Assembly (NCBI GenBank): GCA_951406725.2
Contig: OX597839.1
Span: forward strand, 7,006,001 to 7,070,000
Direction of reading: 5' to 3'
Origin: Octopus vulgaris
Lineage: Eukaryota
Length of the DNA stretch: 64,000 nt
Each line of letters begins with the position of its first letter. Within the stretch, counting starts at the first letter, position 1. The notes under the pieces were generated by a model. The model did no database searches and was not told the origin of the DNA. It saw only the letters and a list, made by a program, of their open reading frames with translations. Positions 15,211 through 30,005 of the stretch are shown piece after piece. The position numbers were made by a program, and so were the translations under genes.

Positions 15211-16394
15211 AAAGAACACGCGGGAAACTTCAGTAATAAGCACAAATCAGAAAAACACCAAACAATACAAAAAACAACAAAACAAAACAAAACAAACAAA
15301 CATAAATGATATACAGTAAAACGTGTACTAAATTGCATATACTCACTAAATACTCACAGATCACAAATTACAAATACAACAACACTAACAACAACAGCAA
15401 CAACAACAACAACAACAACATACAAACGCACAAACAAACAAACAGCGAATCTGGAATGAAACCGTAAGCCTCAGCACATTAAATACAACAAAGCATCATC
15501 GACAATACGAGATCAAAAGCAAATGCCATGACGTGTTGCAAAGTATGAAAGGAGAGAAATGTATTCAATGCATTTAGTCACCTCGAAATACAGCGAGAGT
15601 AATAATAACCACGATGTGGTAATGAAAAGTGTATCAGTCTTGCTAGAAATAGTTGCGAAATTTTTCCTTAAATTACGTATTGTTATTAACTGTCGTGTTA
15701 AAAATGTTGTGTTTGAAGAAAAAAAAAGCGATTGTTCGTCATGGTTGTCACAGCTGGAAAAGCTTTGATCATACATCTATGAGATAAAAGATGACCTGGG
15801 GTTAAATTGTAACAATGAGAGGGATATATGTTTGTTTGTTTGTGTTGCGTAGCCGTTTAACATGCTAGCAATAGCAGCTTATATCTCCCTAAAATCATAC
15901 TCAACTGATTTAAAAATAGAAAGAAAAAAAAAAGGGTTTGAAACATTCAGATTTGGAGAGCGTAAGTATTTGATGCAATCAGAACGTTAGATAAAATGGT
16001 GGACACTGCTGCGCCATCTTTGATCTTAGATCTGCTCAGCAGGGTTGAAACTACAGCAATACAAACAACGTTAACAGCACTACAAACAACGAAATTGGTA
16101 ATAACAACAATTGGTAATAACCTACAATAACAACAACTACAATAACTAAATGCTACTAATTACACACAAAAAAGATACATATATATATATGCAATAACAA
16201 CTACATATTAACAAATATGAGATACGAAAACTCAAAGCCCTCTGTTGAAGATCATATATTAACTGCCGCATCGAATGAAAGACTTCAGACACCGGGCGCT
16301 TATTATATAATTGTAGTTGAGAGAAAACACACCACATATGACTTGGCAAGGGTAGTAGCCCCGTTGACTTTGTTGGAATAAGTCCAACCCCACG

Positions 16395-16431
<37 letters not shown>

Positions 16432-16534
16432 AACACATAAAATCACACACGCAACAAGCACGCAATAACAAGAGCACAAATGTTACATCCCTGGAAGGTA
16501 ACAGGAGGATGTGGAACCACGTACTGGAAAATGA

Positions 16535-16992
16535 CTGGCACTGCGTCGGTTGCGACGATGAGGATTCAAGTTGATCCGCTCAACGGAACAGCCTGCTCGT
16601 CAAATTAATGTGCAAGTGGATGAGCACTCCACAGACACGTGTACCTATTTCTTTACTACCCACAAGGGGCTACACACAGAGAGGACAAACAAGGACAGAT
16701 AAACGGATTAAGTCGATTATATCGACCCCAGTGTGTAACTGGTAGTTAATTTATCGACCCCGAAAGGATGAAAGACAAAGTCGACCTCAGCGGAATTTGA
16801 ACTCAGAACGTAACGACAGACGAAATACGGCAACGCGTTTCGCCCGGCGTGCTAACGTTTCAGCCAGCTCGCCGCACTCCACAGACACGTGTACCCTTTA
16901 TGTAGTTCTCTGAAAGATTCAGCGTGACACGGAATGTGACAAGGCTAGCCCTGTAAATTACAGGTACAGCTCAATTCTGCTAGCTGAGTTGA
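16535..16992 (-). mobile_element. Family C tail type 2, interrupted by a family B SINE (16646-16873) with a 22-bp TSD
   Basis: Similar to the reverse complement of 26940-27120. GCACTCCACAGACACGTGTACC is duplicated at 16624-16645 and 16874-16895. Confidence 0.85.
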
Positions 16993-16998
16993 TTGGGT

Positions 16999-17292
16999 GG
17001 ATCTTTTCGGTTTGACCAGCAGTTTTTTTAAATAATTTCCACGTAACTAAACACTTTTAAACTTCGTATACTGGTAGAATGTGTTTATAAAACATCTTTT
17101 TCTCTTGGCTTTATTGAGAAAATTCTATAGTTTGTAAGATATTTGTTGTTGTTTTTTTCTTCAGTTTTTGCAATTTCAACTAATCAATGACGACTATTGA
17201 GGTGAAAACATTGTGCCGTATGAATATGTCCCTCGTTTAAGAAACAGATTGGAAATTATTTTAAAAAACTGCCGTTCAAACTGAAAAGATCC
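16999..17292. mobile_element. MITE with ~43-bp terminal inverted repeats
   Basis: GGATCTTTTCGGTTTGACCAGCAGTTTTTTTAAATAATTTCC ... GGAAATTATTTTAAAAAACTGCCGTTCAAACTGAAAAGATCC. Confidence 0.75.
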
Positions 17293-17471
17293 CAGATTTA
17301 TTTTTTCTCAGTGGACAGGTCGCAGTTTCGAGCGACAAAAACTTTGACACGATAATGCTAACTCCAATGGAATTTTGAAGCCTCAAGGGAAACAGCTGGA
17401 TGAACTACCGCTAAACAGTTTGTCCAACGATTTCACGGCTCTACCAGCTTGCCGTTTTTAAAAAATTATAA

Positions 17472-17600
17472 AACCACATGGTTCCGGGTTCAGTCCCACT
17501 GCGTGGCATCTTGGGCAAGTGTCTTCTGCTATAGCCCCGGGCCGACCAATGCCTTGTGAGTATAGATTTGATAGACGGAATCTGAAAGAAGCCTGTCGTA

Positions 17601-17655
<55 letters not shown>

Positions 17656-17929
17656 AATAATAAATCTCTGAGCGAGATATAAACAGTAACTGCTCTATAA
17701 CATAAGGGGGATCAGCCATCTGAATGTGGCTAGGGTCAGGGCGGGGTAGTGGGGGTGTTACTGATGCATTTAGCCCCAGCCGAACATCAGACACCATCTC
17801 GGTGTCCTTGCCGAGATGGTGTCAGCTCTTCTGGTGACGTTGATGTTCGCCTGGGGCTAAATGCATCAGTAACACCCCCACTACCCCGCCCTGACCCTAG
17901 CCACATTCAGATGGCTGATCCCCCTTATG

Positions 17930-17999
<70 letters not shown>

Positions 18000-18225
18000 G
18001 TATGTGTATGTTTGTGTGTCTGTGTTTGTCCCCCTAGCATTGCTTGACAACCGATGCTGGTGTGTTTATGTCCCCGTCACTTAGCGGTTCGGCAAAAAGA
18101 GACCGATAGAACAAGTACTGGGCTTACAAAGAATAAGTCCCAGGGTCCAGTTGCTCGATTAAAGGCGGTGCTCCAGCATGGCCGCAGTCAAATGACTGAG
18201 ACACAGTAAAAGAGTAAAGAGTAAA
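17472..18225 (+). mobile_element. SINE family A split by a fold-back insertion in its internal (TA)n
   Basis: 5' half at 17472-17600 and 3' half at ~18005-18225. Confidence 0.85.
17696..17934. repeat. GC-rich fold-back: 94-bp inverted arms with a nested 13-bp hairpin
   Basis: Arms 17696-17789 and 17841-17934, one mismatch seen. Inner hairpin GACACCATCTCGG/CCGAGATGGTGTC at 17790-17823. Confidence 0.9.
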
Positions 18226-18928
18226 TATAAGTCCAAAAATAGTATTAAAAGAAGGTGGTGAAAAGTTGACCCTAATAGGATTTGAACCCCAAGGGCACTG
18301 AGCCGGAAAAACTACCGCTAAGCAGTTTGCTCAAATCTCTAACAGCTCTGCCAGCTTGCCGTTGTCATAGAAATAACCATAAAAATAAGAATTAGAATAG
18401 AATTAAAAGATGGTGGCGAAACAGAGAAAAACGGAGAAAAGTTATTTAAACTACCCTATAATTATGTACAAGACGCACGATAGGAAAACCGTCTGAGTCA
18501 GGCTAATTACAGAGGTGGCAAGCAGGCAGGTATGGCATTATTACCAGGTAAGTCAGGGTAAATTGTAATAAGAGATGGCGCACCCTGCGTTGCTGATTTC
18601 CTTCTTCAGTGAGGCGGGGGTATCATTGCTCTACAGGTCTCCTTTCAAAGAAACGTAAAGTCACGGCAGAGGTTAACACGTCAAACACGCACATACACAC
18701 ACACACACACCGGCATACAAGCACACTGAGAGGCGTGCACATATACTACACAACAGGCGGTCACACATATAAATGTGACTTGTGAGTGTAACGCCGTGGA
18801 AGAAATAGTTATACACCCATGGAAGTATATACAAGCACACGTTTGCACTACGAACATCAATAGATACGAATATATACGCGATAGCACGTACTTGACACAA
18901 CAGAATAGTTTAATACACTGTGTATATT

Positions 18929-18996
<68 letters not shown>

Positions 18997-19007
18997 TGTG
19001 TGTGTAA

Positions 19008-19530
19008 GGCAGTGAGCTGGCAGAATCGTTAGCACGCCGGGCGAAATGCTTACCGGTATTTCGTCTGCCGCTACGTTCTGAGTTCAAATTCCGCCGAGGT
19101 CGACTTTTCCTTTCATCCTTTCGGGATCGATAAATTAAGTACCAGTTACACACTGGGGTCGATATAATCGACTTAACCCGTTTGTCTGTCCTTGTTTGTC
19201 CCCTATGTGTTTAGCCCCTTGTGGGTAGTAAAGAAATAAGTATTTCGTCTGTTGCTACGTTCTGAATTCAAATTCCGCCGAGGTCGACTTTGCCTTTCAT
19301 CCTTTCGGGATCGATTAAATAAGTACCAGTTACGCACTGGGGTCGATATAATCGACTTAACCCGTTTGTCTGTCCTTGTTTGTCCCCTATGTGTTTAGCC
19401 CCTTGTAGGTAGTAAAGAAATAGGTATTTTGTCTGCCGCTACGTTCTGAGTTCAAATTCCGCCGAGGTCGACTTTGTCTTTCATCTTTCGGGGTCGATTA
19501 AATAAGTACCAGTTACGCACTGGGGTCGAT
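19008..19530 (+). mobile_element. SINE family B tandem array (~3 units, ~180-bp period)
   Basis: GTATTT(C/T)GTCTG...AAAGAAATA(A/G) repeats. Only the first unit has the 5' A-box head. Confidence 0.9.
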
Positions 19531-19633
19531 ACCAACAAGGAGAACTATAACCGTAATTAGATGTGAATGAGTGTGTTATAAACACCTACATAGCTCTTAT
19601 TTCTAGCAATGTAAGTATTTATAACACCCTCAG

Positions 19634-19677
<44 letters not shown>

Positions 19678-20114
19678 CTGTCTTTTGCAAAAGTTTCTTC
19701 CTCTCCTCCTCTCCTCCACCAACACTCCCATCACTTTATCGCCTGTGTCTTAAGTCATAATTCAATTTAGAAGCGTGAGAAATGCGATATCTGATTCAGG
19801 CACGTAGAGGATCAGCCGAACGACTAACCTACGCCACCTACGTTTCCATTGTCTGTCCTAACCACGCTCAAACACTTAGAGCTAGCTATTGTAATGTATA
19901 GTTCCAGGATCGCCTCTAAGAAAATCAAACCTTTGACCTTGTACGCTTTAACAGTGACCATGGTATCCCCTCTTCAAAAATTACTGTGTCCATCCAAGAT
20001 TTCATTCGTCCGACATGTCCCTTTTTTTGTCCAGCACTGGGGTTTCATAGGAGAGGAGTGCTAGGTCTTCTTGCGACTTCTAGTTGGTCAAACAAGCAAT
20101 TAGTATGTCCCTCG

Positions 20115-20298
20115 TTTGTGACTGTGGCCATACTGGAGCACTGCCTTTAGTCGAGGAAATCGACCCCAAGACTTATTCTTTATAAGCCTAGTGCTTATTC
20201 TTTCGATCTCTTTTGCCGAACTGCTAAGTTACGGGGACGTAAACACACCAGCATCGGTGGTCAAACGATGTTGGGATGGGGACAAACACAGACACATA
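20115..20298 (-). mobile_element. SINE family A 3' half, fused to a family C tail-type-3 fragment (20299-20399, +)
   Basis: Similarity to 35062-35270 and to 40503-40601. Confidence 0.75.
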
Positions 20299-20397
20299 AC
20301 GGGGTGGCGCCATTTGAAAGCTAAAACAATGCGAAGCGCATTGTGACCAGAGATGTGTAGCAACATCTGATAGCTTGGTCGATCACGTGATCACGTG

Positions 20398-20453
<56 letters not shown>

Positions 20454-21070
20454 CCCTAGGGCAGGCCTAGTTGAACCTATCCCCCAAACAGTTCCAGCTA
20501 TGATCGCCACGCATTCTTATTTCAGTCACCATGTATCAAATATCACAATATATGATACAGTTTGAAATACCGCCATTTTCCAACCGATTGAGGGTTATTT
20601 ATGACATATCATAGTGCTAGATCTAACCTTTAAGAGGACGACGCAGAAAGGGCGGACATTTCAATAGAAATATTTTTTTCTTCTCTTAAAAAAAAAAAAT
20701 GCTTCCTTTCTTTCGTGAAAATATGATCTTGTTTATTGTTATAATTACCATCGTCATCATCAGCAGCATTATTATCATTATTGTTGTTGTTGTTGTTGCT
20801 GTTGTTGTTATCAAGGTGGTGACTCATTTGGTTTTTATGTCATTGAAAAACACCAGCAGAAAGCAGTGGAAAATTATGACTACATTTTGTACCTAACATC
20901 CTATTCACTCCCCAAGCACTTGTTCATTACGTTTGAAGTTGTTGTCGATAAAATTATTATAAATGTTTGATATTTGACCCTACATTTGCAGTATTTTTCG
21001 TTCGTATTTTATGCGTTTATACATATATAAACACAACAAATACACATTTTAACTGTTTAGGATTGTATGT

Positions 21071-21152
<82 letters not shown>

Positions 21153-21564
21153 GAGGATAATATCGATATTTAAGTGTCGAAATTATCAAGTGGCCAGCAT
21201 GAAAGAAATACCTTACAAAGGTAAAAAAATTTTTTAACAATTAAAAATGAGGGTGTCGCGATTCAGACTGGCTGTGTCCATACGTGCATATGTATGTATG
21301 TACGGCGCTCGTATATGTAAGTATATCGTTTGCTGTGCATATATATATCTGTATTGATGTACCCTTGATATATTCAATTGATGACGGTAAAGCTTATCTA
21401 AAGCAGAACCAGAAATCCTTGGATCTTGAATTATTCAATAATTTTTGCTTGTACGTTTTGTCCCTCCGCTTTACCTCATGGTGCGATATGAACATTTAAC
21501 GGGGTACTATAGTCAGTGTTTCGACTGCTATTTCGGCATGTTGGTGTCTTTTAGACACCCTCAT

Positions 21565-21620
<56 letters not shown>

Positions 21621-21719
21621 CCTTGGACAAGTGTCTTCTACTATAGCTTCGGGCCGACCAAAAGCCTTGTGAGTGGATTTAGTAGACGGAAACTGGAAGA
21701 ATTCCGTCCTGTATGTATG

Positions 21720-21778
<59 letters not shown>

Positions 21779-21782
<4 letters not shown>

Positions 21783-21990
21783 TAATCCAAACAAGAAAGC
21801 ACAAAAAAACACAACAACTCGAGGACGTGGAACAAATATAGTATTATTGGACGCTCAGGAAAGAAGGAGGTTTTAACGTTTCGAGCGGAGCTCTTCGTCG
21901 GAAACATAGGAGAAGGAAAGATCCAGAGAAGGGAAGACAGAGGAAAATAAATCGCCAACGGTACACACGCGGTCACATTTTGAAAGACCG
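21779..21990 (-). mobile_element. Short PLE-like element abutting (TA)n, with HHR motif at 21870-21905
   Basis: Minus strand: GTTT-CCGACGA-A-GAGC(TCC)GCTC-GAAA-CG-TT-AAAAC. Confidence 0.7.
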
Positions 21991-22018
21991 GAAGGAAAAA
22001 TGTATATATTTATATGTA

Positions 22019-22069
<51 letters not shown>

Positions 22070-22072
<3 letters not shown>

Positions 22073-22272
22073 TGTCTGTCCCCCTAGCATCGCTTGACGA
22101 CCGATCGTGGTGTGTTTCCGTGCCTGTAACTTAGCGGTTCGGCAACAGAAACCGATAGAATAAGTAGTAGGCTTACAAAGAATAAGCTCTGGGGTCGATT
22201 TGCTCGATTATAAAGGCGGTGCTTCAGCATGGCCGCAATCAAATGATTGGAACGAGTAAAAGAATAAAGAGA
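22070..22272 (+). mobile_element. SINE family A 3' half (a 5' fragment lies at 21616-21715)
   Basis: CCCCTAGCATCGCTTGACGACCGAT...GAGTAAAAGA. Confidence 0.8.
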
Positions 22273-22310
<38 letters not shown>

Positions 22311-22491
22311 AGGACATATGGCTGTCCGCCTGTGATACGAGGATATCACCTGATAACCTTTACCGTACAAAATGCCAACAGATACCTGCTACATATCTGT
22401 TATGTACACCTGTCGATCGGCATTCACCCGGATTTATGCCTTTCGAATGATCGCATTTCATGCCGCTGGTTTCAGACCGCCGTAGCAGGCC

Positions 22492-23595
<1,104 letters not shown>

Positions 23596-23620
23596 ATAAC
23601 AATAATAATAATATTAATAA

Positions 23621-23688
<68 letters not shown>

Positions 23689-23694
23689 GTTTCA

Positions 23695-23901
23695 AAATTT
23701 GATACAAGGCCTGAAATTTGGAAGAAGGGGACTATTCGACTACATCAACCCCAGCGTTCACCGAGCACTTATTTTTATCGACTCCGAAAGGACGAAAGGC
23801 GAAATCGACCTCGGTGAAATTTGAACTCGGAACGTAAAAGCGGTCGAAACGCTGCTAAGCATAGTTCTCGCTATGCTAATGATTCTGCCATTTCGCCGCC
23901 T
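23695..23901 (-). mobile_element. Diverged family B-related SINE
   Basis: ATCGACTCCGAAAGGACGAAAGGCGAAATCGACCTCGG...TCGCCGCC. Confidence 0.7.
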
Positions 23902-24004
23902 TAATAATAACAATAATAATAATAATAATGATTATAACAACAACAACAACAACAACAATAATAATAATGACAATAATAATGATGAGGATAATAATAATAA
24001 TATC

Positions 24005-24049
<45 letters not shown>

Positions 24050-25397
24050 CGACTATTTATTTTAATTAATTTTATAAGTTAATTGAAAAATATTGCAACA
24101 AAAAATTAATTAAACATTTAATTAAAAATTTTTTAATTGAAATAATAATAATGATAATACAATAAAATTTATAATAAACGACACAAAAATATTAATAAAA
24201 CCTGTAAAAAAATAATTAGGCAAGTCTTAACGACCAGTGTTCTTCCATATCTGTCACCTAGGCGACCTTTGTTAATTAATATTGTTGAATAAAGTTTAAA
24301 GAAAGGACAACGTGGATCTGAGGCAGGGGCCTTCTTTTCCCACTGAAGAAAAATCCCTCCTTTGAATAAAAGAGCTGAATAAAGAGCTTCTGTGTACATG
24401 CTCGTGATATGAGCATTCATTCATTCACTCATTCATTTATATGTTTATGTATTCATTCATTTTTCTAATTAAAGGGCCTGCTCATGTACCCGTGAAGGAG
24501 CATGGCTTCGTGGAGATGGTGATGCTTTCACGATCGGAAGATCGTGGTGTCGAATCTCAACCCGGGCGATGCTTTGGGTTCTTAAATAAAACACTTAATT
24601 TCGCAATGGTTCAGTTCACCCAGCTGTAACTGTGTATCTCAACCACGTACTGGTGTCTCGTTGATAGAGCAATATTGAGATCTCGGTCACTTACATGCGA
24701 CTTACCATCACTATTCGGGTATGTAGATACCTTGAAAAAATACGTCACGGAGTGAGGACCTGTGTCTCTGCATAGATAGTCCTGAGTGGCCCTTTGGCAA
24801 TAAACGTTGAGCCACTCTGCTAAGTATACGGCGAACTCATGGGACTGTAGCATGGTGGGCTGTGAAAAGGTAGCGGAAGAGCTTAACTGAGCCAATAGTG
24901 CTTCTTACAAGGATGCCGAGCAGAGGAATCCTAGAAGATCAACAGTCAAGATCCCCAATCTTTATCAAGAGAGTAACTGCAATGCGTCTATAGGGGTTAC
25001 TTTCAGGGTGTGTAATCAGCTAATAAAAGATTCACTATGACTGAAGCTTTCAACTGAAAGGAGAGTGCCTACATAAGGCATGGGTACACTATGTATGTTT
25101 TGGCTTACTACTACTAAATATTATAGGGCCCAGTGTAGTGAATCGCCTGGTGAAGGGGTCCCACGCGTCTGAGAGCCCAGTTTTGGTGTCCGTATTCTGT
25201 AGCTTATAGTGAATAAATAAATGCCTGGGGATTTATAATGCTGCTAAGAAAGTCCATGTAGGGTACATATGATCGGCTAAATCTGGCTAGTTTGAGCATA
25301 AACAGGTAGAATATTTGGACTAAATATAACCAGTTTAAATGCCAACGGGTTAAAATGATATTAAAGTGGTTTATCTACTGTTTTCGTTGTTGGTATA

Positions 25398-25815
25398 GGC
25401 AGCGAGCTGGCAGAATCGTTAGCACGCCGGGCGAAATGCTTTGCGGATTTTCGTCTACCGCTACGTTCTGAGTTCAAATTCCGCCGAAGTTGACTTTGCC
25501 TTTCATCCTTTCGGGGTCGATAAATTAAGTACCAGTTACGCACTGGGGTCGATGTAATCGACTTAATACCTATGTCTGTCCTTGTTTGTCCTCTCTGTGT
25601 TTAGCCCCTTGTGGGAAGTAAAGAAATACGTATTTCGTCTGCCGCTACGTTCTGAGTTCAAATTCCGCCGAGGTCTACTTTGCCTTTGATCCTTTCGTGG
25701 TCAATTAAATAAGTACCAGTTACGCACTGGGGTCGATATAATCGACTTAATCCGTTTGTCTGTCCTTGTTTGTCCCCTCTATATTTACCCCCTTCTGGGT
25801 AGTAAAGAAATAGGT
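25398..25815 (+). mobile_element. SINE family B tandem dimer, followed by a diverged copy to ~25975
   Basis: Same structure as 19008-19530. Confidence 0.9.
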
Positions 25816-26190
25816 ATAGGCAGCGGGTTAACAGAATTGTTAGGAGAAAATGCCTACGGTATTTCTTCCAGATCTTTACGTATTGAGTTCAAATATTATT
25901 GAACTAAACTTGGCCTTTCATTCGTTCGGGGTCGATAAAATAGATTACCAGTTCAGTACTACAGTCAGTTGTATCAACAAAACCACATCCGTCAAAAGAT
26001 TGTTGAACATTTGTCTCGTCGTTTCTGTTGTTTAGCTCAGGAATTCTCAACAATTTTTTTTTATCTATGGACCCCTTTCGATTACTATTATGTTTTGGTG
26101 GACCCCCAAAGCCATTCGATGTCTAAAAACTAATAAATAGAAACATTATTATATCTAAATCTCTCAAAGAGAAGTATTCAGTGACGGTTC

Positions 26191-26601
26191 TTTAAAGTAA
26201 AGCCTATTTGCCAACATAATGTGGTTGTCCTGGATGAGACGAATGTTACGGTTGTTTGGCCCCAGAAAACATCGTTTCAAGTTGGCTAAATGACACAATA
26301 TCTATTTATTAGACCAGTCACTGTGTGTCACTTTAAAAACTACATATTTTCGAACGGGAATTCAGCAGCGCCGTCTAGCCGTGCAGCTACTCTGTGCTGA
26401 TAAAGAGCAATAACCCAGAAACCGGTCCACAGATATTGCTTTGTACAGGATGGAGGTGCTGAACTACCTATTCGAAAATATAAGGAGACAGATATTGTGT
26501 CGTGTAGCCAGCTGGAAATGATGTTTCCTGGGGCAAAACAACAGTAACATTCATCCTTTCCAGGACCGCCACATTATGTTGGCAACTAGTCTTTAGTTTA
26601 A
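26191..26601 (+). mobile_element. Diverged fold-back element (arms 26191-26302 and 26490-26601) with an HHR motif in the loop
   Basis: TTGCCAACATAATGTGGTTGTCCTGGA... versus ...TCCAGGACCGCCACATTATGTTGGCAA. Confidence 0.75.
26391..26433 (+). ncRNA. Minimal type-I hammerhead-like motif
   Basis: TCTGTG-CTGATAA-AGAGCAATAACCCA-GAAA-CCGG-TC-CACAGA. Perfect 6-bp stem I, GUC triplet, palindromic CCGG. Stem II is decayed. Confidence 0.6.
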
Positions 26602-26735
26602 AAACTTGTTTTATATAGAAACTTCTTTCAATATTACTAATTTGTTTTCCACACAAACTTGTGTAGGTTGAATTATGGAAAATGTTAGAGAAGGAAACCT
26701 AGCTGTTTCTTGCAATACATACTAATACATACATT

Positions 26736-27120
26736 GTGGAGGCGCAATGGCCCAGTGGTTAGGGCAGCGGACTCGCGGTCATAGGATCGCGGTTTCGATT
26801 CCCAGACCGGGCGTTGTGAGTGTTTATTGAGCGGAAACACCTAAAAGCTCCACGAGGCTCCGGCAGGGGATGGTGGTGATCCCTGCTGTACTCTTTCACC
26901 ACAACTTTCTCTCACTCTTACTTCCTGTTTCTGTTGTACCTGTATTTCAAAGGGCCGGCCTTGTCACTCTCTGTGTCACGCTGAATATCCCCGAGAACTA
27001 CGTTAAGGGTACACGTGTCTGTGGAGTGCTCAGCCACTTACACATTAATTTCACGAGCAGGCTGTTCCATTGATTCGGATCAACCGGAACCCTCATCGTC
27101 ATAACCGACGGAGTGCTGCC
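26736..27120 (+). mobile_element. tRNA-derived SINE family C, full length with tail type 2
   Basis: GGAGGCGCAATGGCCCAGTGGTTAGGGCAGCGGACTCGCGGTC...GGTTTCGATTCCC (A and B boxes). Confidence 0.85.
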
Positions 27121-27704
27121 AATACATACATCGAAATAAAAAATTTTTCATGGGTCCTTAAAATGCTATTGTGGATCACCAATTTACTATTATGTTGCAT
27201 GGACCCCTGTTGTCAAGACGTATCAGGGCACAAACACTCACACACACACACACTCACACGCACATTCACGTACACACACACACATACATACGACGGGCTT
27301 CTTTCAATTTCCGCCTACTAAATCTACTCACGTGTTTGATAACCCAAGCCTATTGTAAAAGATACTACACCTTAGCTCAAAATAAATTCCCTTCCACCGA
27401 AGTATGATCGGTCACGATTCCATCCGTGACCATCATGTAAATTTGCATATCTAAATACTACATTATGAAACGCATTTTTCTATACAGAATCTTGTCGGTC
27501 TGTCATATAGCTACACAACAACAACAACAACAGCAACGAAAACCTATGGCGGTTGTCATGTGTATATTAATTATTTAGCCGTTTGTTACACTCGCCTGCC
27601 CTCGTTGTTGTCCTCTTTTATTACTGTTTTATCTCAGTTCATTTTGCAAAGAAGGGGCAGGAAGAGAGATAATTATAATTTACACGGATATTTCATTATC
27701 ATTG

Positions 27705-27744
<40 letters not shown>

Positions 27745-27797
27745 TATATTTATGTATATTTATGCCCTGATAAATAATGTAAAACTATATGCATACT

Positions 27798-27851
<54 letters not shown>

Positions 27852-27959
27852 CTTATATGTGTGTGTCTGTGTCTGTATATTTAAATATATATATATAAAT
27901 ATATAGTTATGTATATATATAGGTACACAGAAATTTATAAATACATACATAAATACATA

Positions 27960-28060
<101 letters not shown>

Positions 28061-28126
28061 ATACGTACATACATATATGTCAGTGTATCTGTCTATCTAT
28101 CAATCACCCTGTCTGTCTGTCTCGTA

Positions 28127-28187
<61 letters not shown>

Positions 28188-28755
28188 ATGTATGTATGTA
28201 TGTATGTATCTACGTACGTACGTATATATATATACAGACATGCGCTCATCTACTTATATACAAAAGCATATACAGGTGTGTGTGTGTAAGCATGTATATA
28301 TATGTAAATATATATATATGTATATACGTATATATATATATATATATATGCATATTTACGTGTGTGTGTGTGTGTGCGCGTGTTAGATTTGCGCGTTTTC
28401 TTCACCACCGGTGACCCGACCACCTCCCTGGGTTCTGCTGTGTTCAAAATTGGCGTCCAAAACCGATTAGTTTCACACTTAGGAAAATGTCCTTTAACGA
28501 CACAAATCACCCTTGCTGTGCCATTGTGCCTTCCTGCCACCCTTGGCCCGGGCACATAATTATGATTATATTTCTTCTTAGGTTTCCATAAAAGAAATCA
28601 TTATTATTACTATAACTTATATTTATATTATTCTTTGTGTTATCATAGTAAGGAGAATAACTTCACAGTGAACGGGGTAGAGCTTACTATTATGGGCGCA
28701 CGCCGATGTGTGTGTGTGCGTGTGTGTTGTGTGTATGTGTGTGTGCCTGTGTTGT

Positions 28756-28826
<71 letters not shown>

Positions 28827-28987
28827 TGTGCGAGCGTGTGCGATTGCGAATAACTGTGTGCGTTTGTGTACGGAATGTGTTGTTTATGATTAATCTAATG
28901 CATACAGATACATAAAAACATCTATACATACACCGTACATATATACATATATACTTACATTATACATACACCATATATATATATGTA

Positions 28988-29047
<60 letters not shown>

Positions 29048-29239
29048 ACATATATACGTACATACATATATACAAATATACATACATACGTACATACGTA
29101 CATACAAACATACATACATACATACATACACACATACACACATACATACATACATACATACACACATACATACATACATACACACACACATACATACATA
29201 CATACATACATACATACATACATACATACATACATACAT

Positions 29240-29272
<33 letters not shown>

Positions 29273-29458
29273 TACATACATACATACATACATACATACA
29301 TGCATACATACATGCATGCATACATACATACATACATACATACATACATACATACATACACGCATACATACATACATACATACATACACACATACATACA
29401 TACATACATACATACATACATACATACATACATACATACACACACATATATATATATG

Positions 29459-29509
<51 letters not shown>

Positions 29510-29518
29510 GTATATATA

Positions 29519-29683
29519 GGCGCAGGAGTGGCTGTGTGGTAAGTAGCTTGCTAACCAACCACATGGTTCCGGGTTCAGTCCCATTGCGTGGCATCTTGGG
29601 CAAGTGTCTTCTGCTATAGCCCCGGGCCGACCAATGCCTTGTGAGTGGATTTGGTAGACGGAAACTGAAAGAAGACTGTCGTA

Positions 29684-29760
<77 letters not shown>

Positions 29761-29978
29761 GTGTGTGTGTTTGTGTGTCTGTTTGTCCCCCTAGCATTGC
29801 TTGACAACCAATGCTGGTGTGTTTACGTCCCCGTCACTTAGCGGTTCGGCAAAAGAGACCGATATGATAAGTACTGGGCTTACAAAGAATAAGTCCCGGG
29901 GTCGATTTGCTCGACTAAAGGCGGTGCTCCAGCATGGCCGCAGTCAAATGACTGAAACAAGTAAAGGAGTAAAAGAGT
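29519..29978 (+). mobile_element. SINE family A, full length
   Basis: GGCGCAGGAGTGGCTGTGTGGTAAG ... GAAACAAGTAAAGGAGTAAAAGAG. Confidence 0.9.
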
Positions 29979-30005
29979 ATATATGTATATATATATATAT
30001 ATATA

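Noticed and set aside
18480-18670. Possible small exons (CAG|GTAAGT near 18546; TTGCTCTACAG| near 18636)
   Set aside because: Only splice-like motifs, with no recognisable peptide. This needs RNA-seq.
19008-19530. CRISPR-like or retrozyme interpretation of the ~180-bp arrays
   Set aside because: There are no unique spacers, the context is eukaryotic, and no CUGANGA core was found in the unit.
24620-25260. Complex-sequence block that may be a LINE 5' UTR
   Set aside because: Single copy in the window, with no ORF or diagnostic motif.
26740-26805. tRNA-like sequences (also 5362-5435 and SINE A/B heads)
   Set aside because: They have A and B boxes but no acceptor stem, and they continue into SINE bodies, so they are not tRNA genes.
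28400-28570. GC-richer unique island, possible exon or enhancer
   Set aside because: No convincing splice sites or protein similarity, and conservation cannot be assessed here.
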